Below are positions 8,860-17,513 of a stretch of 32,359 nt of DNA, one piece after another. Positions within the stretch are counted from its first letter, which is position 1. The number at the start of each line of letters is the position of its first letter. Under the pieces are notes generated by a model. It worked only from the letters and a program-made list of their open reading frames with translations. It was not told where the DNA came from and searched no databases. A program made the position numbers and the translations under genes. This DNA is from a virus (Duplodnaviria > Caudoviricetes): positions 1-32,359 of IMG/VR virus record IMGVR_UViG_3300007954_000004. One strand, 5' to 3'.

Positions 8860-9455
8860 TGGGACAAGTTAAAAAACAAATAGGAGAATTATCTAAAGAA
8901 GCTGGCGGCATGGCAAAAGCAATCACTGCAGCAGAAGATTGGTTTAACACTTCTAAAAAGGCTGTTAGAGAAAAAGCAGTAGCTAGATCAGCAGGTCCAT
9001 TCCAACAAGGTAAGATATATGTGTTCAGATATGAAAACCCAATTGCCGCAGAATGGTGGGATAGCAATCCAGTAGTATTGGCACTGAACCGCTCAGATAC
9101 AGGTAATGACATGGGTATTAATCTTAATATGTTACCAGTCCCTGTAAAGCAAGACCTCTTAGATTTCATCTATGAGCAATATAAAGGCTATATACAAGGA
9201 CAGAATAGAGGTTCAAAAATGGAGAACGCTAGAGCACAAGGACCATTATCATTATCATACCAAGGAGCTAAAACATTCCTAAAGAGATATGGCTTTGATT
9301 TTGCAATTAGACAGTATGCCACAACTCGTAAATCTCAGCAAGTTGTAGTGTCATACGAAAACTGGGCAAGAATAGCCCTGTGTGACTTTTTAGAGCTCAA
9401 TGGCTCATCAGTTGGACAGATAAGGGCAGCCTTCAGAAACCATCTAAATAAATGA
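8859..9455 (+). CDS. gp2: DNA end protector protein (T4 gp2-like)
   Basis: GKIYVFRY, WDSNPVVLAL, GINLNMLP and AIRQY resemble gp2 (G..Y.F.Y, YD.FPLV, G.NLHYLP). Adjacent to gp4. Confidence 0.72.
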   Translation: MGQVKKQIGELSKEAGGMAKAITAAEDWFNTSKKAVREKAVARSAGPFQQGKIYVFRYENPIAAEWWDSNPVVLALNRSDTGNDMGINLNMLPVPVKQDLLDFIYEQYKGYIQGQNRGSKMENARAQGPLSLSYQGAKTFLKRYGFDFAIRQYATTRKSQQVVVSYENWARIALCDFLELNGSSVGQIRAAFRNHLNK

Positions 9456-9464
9456 GATATATAA
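9456..9464 (+). promoter_or_regulatory. putative late promoter GATATATAA
   Basis: Begins immediately after the gp2 stop, 29 nt before the portal ATG. Confidence 0.7.
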
Positions 9465-9484
9465 AACAGAAATAATACTATATT

Positions 9485-11083
9485 ATGGCAGGATTTACTG
9501 ACAAACGAAACGGACCACTTAGTTCAAACACAAGACCATTTAGCCTTTCAAATGCTTTGAAAACGCTAAGTTCTTTTGGTATGCGCTATGATGACATGGT
9601 GCTAAGACAATCTCAAGCAATTGGTCCAATGGAAGATCAGTTCGGTTACAAAGAGATGAACCCGTTCGGATTAGACAACGATGATATTTATGGTGCATTT
9701 GCTGCACTATCCATGGGAGATATAAACATGAAAAAGAACGTACCGTTCTTTGATACTGATTACCCAGGAAAAAGAGACGAACTTAGAAGGTTTGCACAGA
9801 ATGATGAAATTGAAGATATACTAGATATACTTTGTGATGAAGCAATAGTATATGATGATAAAAACTTCTTTGCTCAACCAGATATAGCAGGACTTGATGT
9901 ATCAGATGATGTACAAAAAGACCTTAACAAATACTTTAGACAAATCTATCACTACTTTGGATTTAATGGTGAACAATCAGCTTGGTACTTTTTTAGAAAG
10001 TTCTTAGTAGATGGTTACTTATCATTTGAGATAATTTATTCCCCAGACCAAAAGGAGATTATAGGTTTTAAAGAAATTGATCCAGTTACTCTAATGCCAG
10101 GTTACAATAAAGACGATGGTAAAAAAGTATGGGTTCAGTTTAAAGATGATCCAACAAAAGAAAGAGTGTTATATGATTCTCAAATCATTTATATTGCATA
10201 CTCTTCACTTTCAACAGCATCGAGAGTATCTTATGTTGAAAGATTAATAAGATCATTTAACCTACTTAGAATTATGGAACACACCAGAGTAATCTGGGCA
10301 GTGACTAACGCTTCATTTAGAATGAAGTTTATTATACCTGTAGGTGGTAAATCTAAAACTAGAGCAAAACAATCGTTAGCTCAGTTAATGAATAACTATA
10401 AAGAGGTAGTTGATTTTGACTTTGAATCAGGAACATTAGAAACTGATGGTAAGCCAATGCTACAATTTAGTAAAGAATACTGGTTACCTTCTAAAGATGG
10501 TGAAACACCAGAAATCGAAACTCTTAGTTCTGAAGGACCAGATCTTTCAGATACTGAAGCAGTTAAATATTTCCAAGATAAACTTAAAGAGGTTTCTAAA
10601 ATTCCTTACAACAGATTCTTATATGAAGATGATGGTGGTGACTTTGCATTAGCAGGTGATGGTATGGTAAGAGATGAAATCAAATTCGGTAAGTTCATTA
10701 AGAGATTAAGATCTGTATTTCAAGAGATATTGGTTAAGCCAATGTACATTCAAATGTGTCTTAAATACCCTGAGTTCCAGGACGATCCTCAATTTAAGAC
10801 TCAAGTAGCCTTAAGATATAATGAAGAGAATATGTTTGCTGAATTAAAAGAACAAGAGGTTATGTCATTAAGATTAGACTTTATCTCAAGTATGAGAGAT
10901 AGTTTAATGACAACTAATCAAGAAACAATGGAAGAGGAATATTACTTCGATCAAGAATACTTAGTTAGAAAGTACTTAAAACTGTCTGACGACGAGATTA
11001 GAGCTAACAAAGCATTTAAAGCAAAAGATAGAAAAACTGCTGCAGATCAACCTGAAGAGGAAGATGACGGAATGGGCATATAG
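9485..11083 (+). CDS. gp20: portal protein (T4 gp20-like)
   Basis: 532 aa. EIEDILDILCDEAIV, FRKFLVDG, SYVERLIRSFNLLRIME, EYWLP..DG..PEIETL, YFQDKLKEVSKIP and RDEIKFGKFIKRLR are gp20 signatures. Confidence 0.93.
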   Translation: MAGFTDKRNGPLSSNTRPFSLSNALKTLSSFGMRYDDMVLRQSQAIGPMEDQFGYKEMNPFGLDNDDIYGAFAALSMGDINMKKNVPFFDTDYPGKRDELRRFAQNDEIEDILDILCDEAIVYDDKNFFAQPDIAGLDVSDDVQKDLNKYFRQIYHYFGFNGEQSAWYFFRKFLVDGYLSFEIIYSPDQKEIIGFKEIDPVTLMPGYNKDDGKKVWVQFKDDPTKERVLYDSQIIYIAYSSLSTASRVSYVERLIRSFNLLRIMEHTRVIWAVTNASFRMKFIIPVGGKSKTRAKQSLAQLMNNYKEVVDFDFESGTLETDGKPMLQFSKEYWLPSKDGETPEIETLSSEGPDLSDTEAVKYFQDKLKEVSKIPYNRFLYEDDGGDFALAGDGMVRDEIKFGKFIKRLRSVFQEILVKPMYIQMCLKYPEFQDDPQFKTQVALRYNEENMFAELKEQEVMSLRLDFISSMRDSLMTTNQETMEEEYYFDQEYLVRKYLKLSDDEIRANKAFKAKDRKTAADQPEEEDDGMGI

Positions 11084-11112
11084 CCGCTAATCCTAGATAG
11101 TTAAGAAAAAGA

Positions 11113-11121
11113 GATATATAA
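11113..11121 (+). promoter_or_regulatory. putative late promoter GATATATAA (probably leaderless transcript)
   Basis: The motif ends 3 nt before ATG 11125. Confidence 0.7.
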
Positions 11122-11124
11122 AAT

Positions 11125-11472
11125 ATGAAAATTATTAAAACATTCGAAGAGTTTATTTCAGAAGACTCGTTAAAGGCAGGAGAAGATTCTAAAATATATG
11201 TAGAAGATCAGACTTTAGATTCTGGTGCTACTATTAAATCTGCAGAAATATTAGGAGCGATTACAGCTTCTAAAACTGAAAGCGATTTTAAAGATTACTT
11301 CTATAATGAATATGGACAAGATGCATTCGCTGAGGGCGAAATGGATATTTTAGCGGCATATTACCTAGATAAATCTGCAGAAGACGCAGAGGTAGAAAAG
11401 GAAGCTGGTGACGAAGAAGAGGAAGATGACAAAAAAGAAGGCGATGATGGAGGCCTAGATATTGACATCTAA
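11125..11472 (+). CDS. small acidic prohead core/internal protein with capsid-targeting-like N-terminus
   Basis: Lies between portal and protease (the position of T4 gp67/gp68). N-terminus MKIIKTFEEFISE resembles the T4 capsid-targeting sequence MKTYQEFIAE. Very acidic tail. Confidence 0.65.
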   Translation: MKIIKTFEEFISEDSLKAGEDSKIYVEDQTLDSGATIKSAEILGAITASKTESDFKDYFYNEYGQDAFAEGEMDILAAYYLDKSAEDAEVEKEAGDEEEEDDKKEGDDGGLDIDI

Positions 11473-11503
11473 AAGATATTAAGATAATTGCATAATACAA
11501 GTA

Positions 11504-11512
11504 GATATATAA
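11504..11512 (+). promoter_or_regulatory. putative late promoter GATATATAA
   Basis: 31 nt before ATG 11535. Confidence 0.7.
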
Positions 11513-11534
11513 TAAAAATAGATAAATCATAGTT

Positions 11535-13982
11535 ATGGCAAATAACAACAACTTATTAATTGTTGAAATGTCTTCATCTCAGTTAAAAGTAACCGATACT
11601 GAGAATAAAGATTACATTCTAGAAGGTATATTTGGTCAAATAGATCAAAAGAATAAAAACAATCGAATCTATACTGAGAGCGAATACGTTCCTCAGATAG
11701 AAGCTTTACAAGACAAGATTAAGTCTTCTAAGCTATTAGGTGAGTTAGATCACCCACAGCAATTCGATATTTCCCTTAAGAGTGTCTCTCATATTATTGA
11801 AGAATTATATTACGACAAAGAATCAAAAGAAGTAAGAGGTAGAATCAAATTACTAGATACTGACGCAGGACGTCAAGCTAAAGCCCTAGTAGATGCTGGT
11901 GTACCATTACAAATCTCATCAAGAGCAGCTGGAGCCGTTGAATCTAACGGAAAGGTAAAAATCAAACAATTATTCACTTACGATTTAGTTGCAGATCCAG
12001 GATTTGCAAACGCTGAATTAAAAAGAGTTAACGAATCTTATGGATTCGATGATAATTCAGGTTTATGGATATATGATTTAACTGAAACTAATGAATCACT
12101 TGAAGAGACACAAGAAATTACTAAAACCAATAAAGAATCAAATAATAAAGAAAAAAACATGGCAGAATTTGTAAAAGCTGAAGATTTCAATAAGTATTCT
12201 GAGTACTTAGCTAACGAAATGAAAAGCATTAAAGAGTCTATCGGCGCAACAAACGAAGACGAAACGTTAGAAGATGTAAAATCTCATAACGACCACATAG
12301 TTGAAAGCGTAAATACTCTCTCAGAATACGTTGAGTATTTAGCTGGCAAATTAGACGAGTCCATCCAATATTCGGAACACGTCGCAGAAAAAGCAGATCA
12401 AGGTATAACTTATACTGAGGCTGTTGCTGAAAAATTAGATCAAGGTATTCAATACTCTGAGCATTTAGCAGAATCAATTTCTAAAGTTAAAGATTTCGCA
12501 GATCACGTTGCTGAATCAACTAACGAAGGAGCTACTAAAGCTGACAATCTTTTAGCCTATGTTGATTACTTAAAAGAAAACTTACAATCAGTATCTGAGT
12601 ATGCTGAATACATTGCAACATCTATTAATGAAAGCGTAGTTGAAGAAACTGAAGAAGTTACTGAAGATGACGAAGCTGATGCACCTGGTGCTGAAAAAGA
12701 AGAAGCTGATGTAGAAGAAGTTGGTGATAATTCAGAAGAAGGTGATGTAGATCCTAAAGGTGATATTGGCGAACCTGCTGAAGAATTAGAAGATGAAACT
12801 AAAGACGTAACTGCAGATGAAAAATCTGAAGAAGCTGAAGCTGGTGAATCTGAAGAAGAAGCTGAAGGTGAAGATGGTGCTAAAGAAGTAGTTGAAGAGG
12901 AAGAAGTTGAAGAAACTGAAGAAGTTGAAGAGACTGAAGAAGTTGAGGAAACTGAAGAAGTTGAAGAAACTGAAGAAGTTGAGGAAACTGAAGAAGTTGA
13001 AGAGACTGAAGAAGTTGAAGAGACTGAAGAAACTGAAGTAACTGAAGAAGATGAAGCTGGTGAAGGTGCTGAAGAAGTAGCTGAAGAAGATGAAGCTGGT
13101 GAAGGTGCTGAAGAAGTAGCTGAAGAAGATGAAGTTGAAGAAGGAAACGCATTCGGTGCTGCAAGAGCTAAAGCAATCGCAGACGGCGAAAAAACTTTTA
13201 AAGTAGGTGATGAAGAATTTGACGTTGAAGACGTTGATGCTGAAGATAAAGAAAACGCTGAAGAATTTGTTGAAGAAAAAGAAACAGAACACCACACTGA
13301 AGAAGTTGAAGAAACTGAAGAAGTTGAAGAAACTGAAGTAGCTGAAGAAGATGAAGCTGGTGAAGGTGCTGAAGAAGTAGCTGAAACTGAAGAAGTTGAA
13401 GAAACTGAAGAAGTTGAAGAAACTGAAGAAGTTGAAGAATCTGCTTTAGATACTTACAAGAACGAAATTGCGTCTAAATTAGATGCATTAGTAGAAGCTG
13501 CACAAGTTAAAGAAAACGAAGCTCCAGCATTCTTAAATATAGTATCTGGTAAAGTACAAGAATCTTACAATACTTTAAATGAAGATGCTAAAACTGAAGT
13601 TAGAGCTAGAGTGGCAAAAAGATCATTTATGAATGAGTCACAAATCAGTGCTATCATTGAAAACGCTAACGCAGTTGTTGAAGCTAGAACTAACGAACCA
13701 TTCTTTATCTCTGCAATACCTGTAGAATATAAAGAAAAGTTTGAAGCTCTTACTGAAGCAAAACAAACACAAATTAAAGCTCAAGCAAAATACCATAACT
13801 TAAATACTGAATATCAGGTTAGAAACTTCTGGGAAACTAGAGACTTAAGAGAGGTAAAAGTTGACTTAGAAAAATTAGCAACGGTAAACGAATCTGCAGC
13901 AGTTAAAACTGAAGAGGAAGCTAAACCGTTATATGATGTAACTGATATGGCTGCAGCTTTAAACAAAAGATTTAAAAAGTAA
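11535..13982 (+). CDS. gp21: prohead protease (gp21-like) fused in frame to scaffold protein (gp22-like)
   Basis: The first ~165 aa carry LEGIF, KNKNNRIY, GELDHP (His), ISSRAAG (Ser) and YDLVADP (Asp). The remainder is helical and extremely Glu-rich. The gene lies directly upstream of the major capsid gene. Confidence 0.88.
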   Translation: MANNNNLLIVEMSSSQLKVTDTENKDYILEGIFGQIDQKNKNNRIYTESEYVPQIEALQDKIKSSKLLGELDHPQQFDISLKSVSHIIEELYYDKESKEVRGRIKLLDTDAGRQAKALVDAGVPLQISSRAAGAVESNGKVKIKQLFTYDLVADPGFANAELKRVNESYGFDDNSGLWIYDLTETNESLEETQEITKTNKESNNKEKNMAEFVKAEDFNKYSEYLANEMKSIKESIGATNEDETLEDVKSHNDHIVESVNTLSEYVEYLAGKLDESIQYSEHVAEKADQGITYTEAVAEKLDQGIQYSEHLAESISKVKDFADHVAESTNEGATKADNLLAYVDYLKENLQSVSEYAEYIATSINESVVEETEEVTEDDEADAPGAEKEEADVEEVGDNSEEGDVDPKGDIGEPAEELEDETKDVTADEKSEEAEAGESEEEAEGEDGAKEVVEEEEVEETEEVEETEEVEETEEVEETEEVEETEEVEETEEVEETEETEVTEEDEAGEGAEEVAEEDEAGEGAEEVAEEDEVEEGNAFGAARAKAIADGEKTFKVGDEEFDVEDVDAEDKENAEEFVEEKETEHHTEEVEETEEVEETEVAEEDEAGEGAEEVAETEEVEETEEVEETEEVEESALDTYKNEIASKLDALVEAAQVKENEAPAFLNIVSGKVQESYNTLNEDAKTEVRARVAKRSFMNESQISAIIENANAVVEARTNEPFFISAIPVEYKEKFEALTEAKQTQIKAQAKYHNLNTEYQVRNFWETRDLREVKVDLEKLATVNESAAVKTEEEAKPLYDVTDMAAALNKRFKK
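12339..12506 (+). repeat. four degenerate 14-aa helical repeats in the scaffold region
   Basis: LAGKLDESIQYSEH / VAEKADQGITYTEA / VAEKLDQGIQYSEH / LAESISKVKDFADH. Confidence 0.75.
12900..13025 (+). repeat. seven tandem 18-nt repeats encoding EEVEET
   Basis: GAAGAAGTTGA(A/G)GA(A/G)ACT x7. Further copies lie in about 13299-13439. Confidence 0.92.
13044..13382 (+). repeat. 39-nt repeat encoding EEDEAGEGAEEVA (two tandem copies at 13044-13121, a third at 13344-13382)
   Basis: gaagaagatgaagctggtgaaggtgctgaagaagtagct seen three times. Confidence 0.85.
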
Positions 13983-13991
13983 TATATATAA
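13983..13991 (+). promoter_or_regulatory. putative late promoter variant TATATATAA for the major capsid gene
   Basis: Core ATATATAA right after the protease/scaffold stop, 121 nt before the capsid ATG. The first base differs from the consensus. Confidence 0.55.
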
Positions 13992-14001
13992 AATAATAAG
14001 A

Positions 14002-14072
14002 TCGACGATAAAAGAGTGACAGAAGCAGAACACTCAAGCAAGTCGAGTTTCTAACGAATAATCGAAAGAAAC
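14002..14072 (+). promoter_or_regulatory. structured 5' leader (two abutting hairpins) of the major capsid mRNA
   Basis: Hairpin 1: TCGAC(14002-06)/GTCGA(14042-46) enclosing GAGTG(14014-18)/CACTC(14031-35). Hairpin 2: GTTTCT(14047-52)/AGAAAC(14067-72) enclosing CGA/TCG. No U-tract. Confidence 0.6.
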
Positions 14073-14103
14073 GTAAAAACCATTAAAAATAATAAAAATC
14101 AAA

Positions 14104-15489
14104 ATGGCAAATTTAATTAACGAAGCTGAGATCAGAGGTACTTGGGCTCCTATTATTGAGGAAGCAACAGGGATCAATGAATCTAGCAAACTAGCTTGGA
14201 TGTCAGAATACTGTCACAATCACAAGCTTTATGAAGACGCAAACATTATGGCGTTAAATCCTGGTATGAACTTAGCAGGTATGGGAGACACAAGTTTTCC
14301 TAGTGCAAACGGTGTAGGATCTGGAGACAAAGCTCCAACTCTTTTACCTTTAGCTATGCAAGTAGCTGCACAAACTATCGGTTTAGACCTAGTACCTGTT
14401 GTACCTATGGCTGGACCAATGGGATTACTATCTTACCTTGACTTCGTATACGAAGGAGGTGCGATCGGTGGTGCTGCTCCTAACTATGCAGATGGTACTG
14501 TAGCTCCAACTTATATCAAAGCTAACATCGGCGTTGCCGCTGCTGGTAATGATGAAGCTGCTGGAACTTCAAGAATAGATGGTAAACCAATCATTAAAGT
14601 GGTAGACGCTTTAGGAGCTGGTGAAGCAACTATTTCTGCAAGATATGCTGGTGCTGAATTAGTAGCTGCTTTAGAAGACCATATTCCTGGTTTCTCTGGT
14701 GCTGCTGGTGCTTTAGGTTCTCCAATGTCTAGAGGTTTAGGTGAATCTACAAGAGACAAAGTAATGGGCTTAAGCTTATTCTCAAAAAGCGTTGCTGCTG
14801 AAACTTTCCAAGTTGCTGCTGCCGTAACAAGAGAACAAGTACAAGACCTTAAACAATTCGGTGTAGATGCAGTTGCTCAAGTAGAAGCTGTATTAACTAA
14901 CGAATTAACTCAGTCAATTAACAATCACATCTTATTAAAGATGAGAGATTTAGCTGGAACTAACCTATTCGGTGTAGATGCTAATAATGACGCAGTAGCT
15001 ATGAATATTGCTGTAGCTGGTGGAGAAACTAAAGGTGACTCACACAGAAGAATCTTAACTGCAATCCTTGCTGCTGGTAATTTAATCGCGCAAAGAGGTA
15101 GAAGAGGTGCTGGTAACTTCGCTGTAGTAGGTGGAAAAGTTGCATCTGCTTTACAAGGTGTTTCTGGTTTCGTAGCATACCCAATGGCTAACACTATAAA
15201 CCAAGTTGCTGGTGCAATATATCCTTTAGGATCTATCGCTGGTATCAACGTTTATACTGACCCATCTGTAGCTTTCGAATCAGTTGAGATCTTAGTTGGT
15301 AGAAAAGGTGACGGTAACGGACCTGGATTAGTATTCATGCCTTACTTAATGGCTGAATCAGTACAAACTATCGTTGAAGGAACTATGGCTCCGAAAGTAG
15401 CTGTAAAATCTAGATACGCATTAGTTGAAGCTGGATTCCACCCAGGAACTCAATATGAGAAATTCTCATTAGAGAACTTTGCACTATAA
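14104..15489 (+). CDS. gp23: major capsid protein (T4 gp23-like)
   Basis: WAPIIE, VVPMAGPMGLL, EQVQDLKQFGVDA, NELTQSINNHIL, RRGAGNF, VFMPY and PKVAVKSRY match the gp23 blocks. Strongly biased codon usage. Confidence 0.93.
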   Translation: MANLINEAEIRGTWAPIIEEATGINESSKLAWMSEYCHNHKLYEDANIMALNPGMNLAGMGDTSFPSANGVGSGDKAPTLLPLAMQVAAQTIGLDLVPVVPMAGPMGLLSYLDFVYEGGAIGGAAPNYADGTVAPTYIKANIGVAAAGNDEAAGTSRIDGKPIIKVVDALGAGEATISARYAGAELVAALEDHIPGFSGAAGALGSPMSRGLGESTRDKVMGLSLFSKSVAAETFQVAAAVTREQVQDLKQFGVDAVAQVEAVLTNELTQSINNHILLKMRDLAGTNLFGVDANNDAVAMNIAVAGGETKGDSHRRILTAILAAGNLIAQRGRRGAGNFAVVGGKVASALQGVSGFVAYPMANTINQVAGAIYPLGSIAGINVYTDPSVAFESVEILVGRKGDGNGPGLVFMPYLMAESVQTIVEGTMAPKVAVKSRYALVEAGFHPGTQYEKFSLENFAL

Positions 15490-15511
15490 TTTATAGTCTA
15501 AATTTTATATT

Positions 15512-15543
15512 AAAGACCCTCTTAATTGAGGGTCTTTTTTTTT
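15512..15543 (+). terminator. intrinsic terminator after capsid gene
   Basis: AAAGACCCTC-ttaatt-GAGGGTC followed by T9. Confidence 0.9.
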
Positions 15544-15558
15544 GCTCATTTTTAGGAA

Positions 15559-15567
15559 GATATATAA
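15559..15567 (+). promoter_or_regulatory. putative late promoter GATATATAA
   Basis: Just downstream of the terminator, 45 nt before ATG 15604. Confidence 0.7.
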
Positions 15568-15603
15568 TCTATCGGAATAATTATAGAAAATTAAGATTTT
15601 AAT

Positions 15604-17511
15604 ATGAAAAAAATTAAATTAGGTAAAAAGATTCAATTGCTAGAAGATTTTTCTGCAAGTGATCTTTCTAAACCATCACAATCAGTTACACCGGCGGCCA
15701 AAACAAAACCAGCTTCTATTACTGTAGATAAGGTAGTGGCTCAGCCAACTGAAGCACCTGAAGCTCCAGTAGCAAATGTAGTATCAGGTGAAGAGGTACG
15801 AGCTGAAATAATCAAAGATGTTGATGCTATATTAAATAATTTAGATGCTCTCTCAAAGCAAATCACAGAAGCAGTTTTATTAGAAGCAGACGAGTGGTTT
15901 GAGGATGATGCTTTATTTGAATCAACAGAGGCTATTAATGAAGAAGATAGTTTTTTAACTAAAATGTTTGCAAAATTTAAAGCTACTAAAGCCTACTCTA
16001 CAAGAATGGGCCAATACTCAGCCCTTAAAAAGAAAGAGCGAGGAGCTGAAGTAACTAAAATAGAATTAGAAGGTCAGTTTGATGCAAAAAAAGACCAACT
16101 AGAAGCTCAAATAAAAGACAAGATTGCTGCTAAAATTAAAACACAAATTGATAAGGTTAATCAAAAAGATATAACTCCGGAAGCTAAAAAGGAGATTAAA
16201 GATAAGATATACGCCAAGAGGGATGAATTATTAAAAGGTTCTAATAAGAAAATCGCAGAAAAAATTAAGACTAAAAAAGAAGCAGTTACTGCAAAGGCAA
16301 AACAGGCTATTACAGCAGCGGAAGCAGAAACTAAAAAAATGATTGATGATAACCCAATCGATAATGAAAAATATACTAATTTATGGGACGCCTATAAATT
16401 AGATGTAGACAATAGACATGAACTTCTTTTAATAGACATGAAAGCTGAGGCAACTATGGATGCCGATGATAAAGATGAAGATCAAATAGAAAAAGATATT
16501 AAAACGGCTGACGAACAGAAGAAAAAACAAGAAGCCCGCGCTGCAGAAAGAGCTAAGATATTAGAGTTAAGAGCAAAAAAAATAAAAGAGAAAGAAGCAA
16601 AAGAAGATGCTAAGCTTGATGATAAGCAAAAAGAGGCTAAAGAGAAAATAGACAAATACATATCTGCACAGGTTAGCTTTGATGCTGGTGAAATGAAGCA
16701 AGAAGAATTTGATAAGGTTGAAAAGATTAGTGCTAGTACTTTTAAAGATAGAGCACCAGGTATTTCTGATGAAGACGCTGAAAAACTATATGATAAACTT
16801 GTTAATAAGAGCTCTAAAGGAAAGAAAGAAGGTGGCGTTGACGGGCTTACAGATGCTGAGTTAGATAAGAAGCTTGAGACTAATAAGCAAAAGCTTGAAG
16901 ATGCGAAGAAAGACAAGACAAACTCTCCGTTTGTGATTAAAAAATTCGAAATTGCAGTTGCTACCGGTGAATTGAGAAAGGCACAAGCATCTGAAGACTC
17001 TGAAAAAATCGAACAGGCTCAGAACAAATTAGATAAGTTCAAGAAAGAAAGCAAAGAATTAGCTGATAAAGAGGGATTAAGTTCTAAAAAAGATGAATCA
17101 GTAGTTAATGAAGCTAATGATATGTCTGTTAAAAAACTTTCAAAATATACAGGGTTTAAAGAAGATGAATATGAAAGAGTTGTTTACGCATTTAAGTCTA
17201 AAGAACTAGGTAAAATGCAATTTCAAGCTGAGCCATCATTTACAACAATAGACGGCAACTTTAGAGATGACGAACTACATATTGAAGTAGACAGAAGAAT
17301 GGCTAATATTGCACATGCTAAAGTTCTTGGACAAATAAGAGGTTACAAAAACATTATAGCATTCTTAAAAGGAGGCGGAGCAGAAAAATATGAATCTGGT
17401 AGCTTAAAAGAAATAGAGAAGTATTTAAAAAAGTTTGATTTTAAATCTATATCTGAATCTAAGTTACACGAATCAATGACAGTAGCTCAGAAATTCAAAG
17501 CATTAATGTAA
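15604..17511 (+). CDS. Lys/Glu-rich coiled-coil late protein, candidate internal head (ejected) protein
   Basis: 635 aa. Late-type motif upstream. N-terminal KKIQLLEDF. (L/I/V)xE sites ITEA, LLEA, LFES, INEE, VNEA, ISES and LHES cluster at both ends. Confidence 0.6.
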   Translation: MKKIKLGKKIQLLEDFSASDLSKPSQSVTPAAKTKPASITVDKVVAQPTEAPEAPVANVVSGEEVRAEIIKDVDAILNNLDALSKQITEAVLLEADEWFEDDALFESTEAINEEDSFLTKMFAKFKATKAYSTRMGQYSALKKKERGAEVTKIELEGQFDAKKDQLEAQIKDKIAAKIKTQIDKVNQKDITPEAKKEIKDKIYAKRDELLKGSNKKIAEKIKTKKEAVTAKAKQAITAAEAETKKMIDDNPIDNEKYTNLWDAYKLDVDNRHELLLIDMKAEATMDADDKDEDQIEKDIKTADEQKKKQEARAAERAKILELRAKKIKEKEAKEDAKLDDKQKEAKEKIDKYISAQVSFDAGEMKQEEFDKVEKISASTFKDRAPGISDEDAEKLYDKLVNKSSKGKKEGGVDGLTDAELDKKLETNKQKLEDAKKDKTNSPFVIKKFEIAVATGELRKAQASEDSEKIEQAQNKLDKFKKESKELADKEGLSSKKDESVVNEANDMSVKKLSKYTGFKEDEYERVVYAFKSKELGKMQFQAEPSFTTIDGNFRDDELHIEVDRRMANIAHAKVLGQIRGYKNIIAFLKGGGAEKYESGSLKEIEKYLKKFDFKSISESKLHESMTVAQKFKALM

Positions 17512-17513
17512 TA

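Noticed and set aside
9014-9022. GATATATG-type matches inside coding regions (9014, 27731)
   Set aside because: They are mismatched at the conserved eighth position and are not tied to an evident gene start, so they are likely chance matches in AT-rich DNA.
12566-13297. Three overlapping minus-strand ORFs (Ser-rich 243 aa, Phe-rich 169 aa, Leu/Gln-rich 94 aa)
   Set aside because: These are antisense shadows of the GAA-rich repeat block, which lacks stops on the reverse strand.
12900-13439. Tandem repeats as a possible CRISPR array
   Set aside because: There are no unique spacers, the units are multiples of 3 within a coding frame, and no cas genes are present.
13983-14103. tRNA or known riboswitch in the capsid leader
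   Set aside because: No cloverleaf, T-loop or recognisable aptamer consensus. Kept only as an unclassified structured leader.
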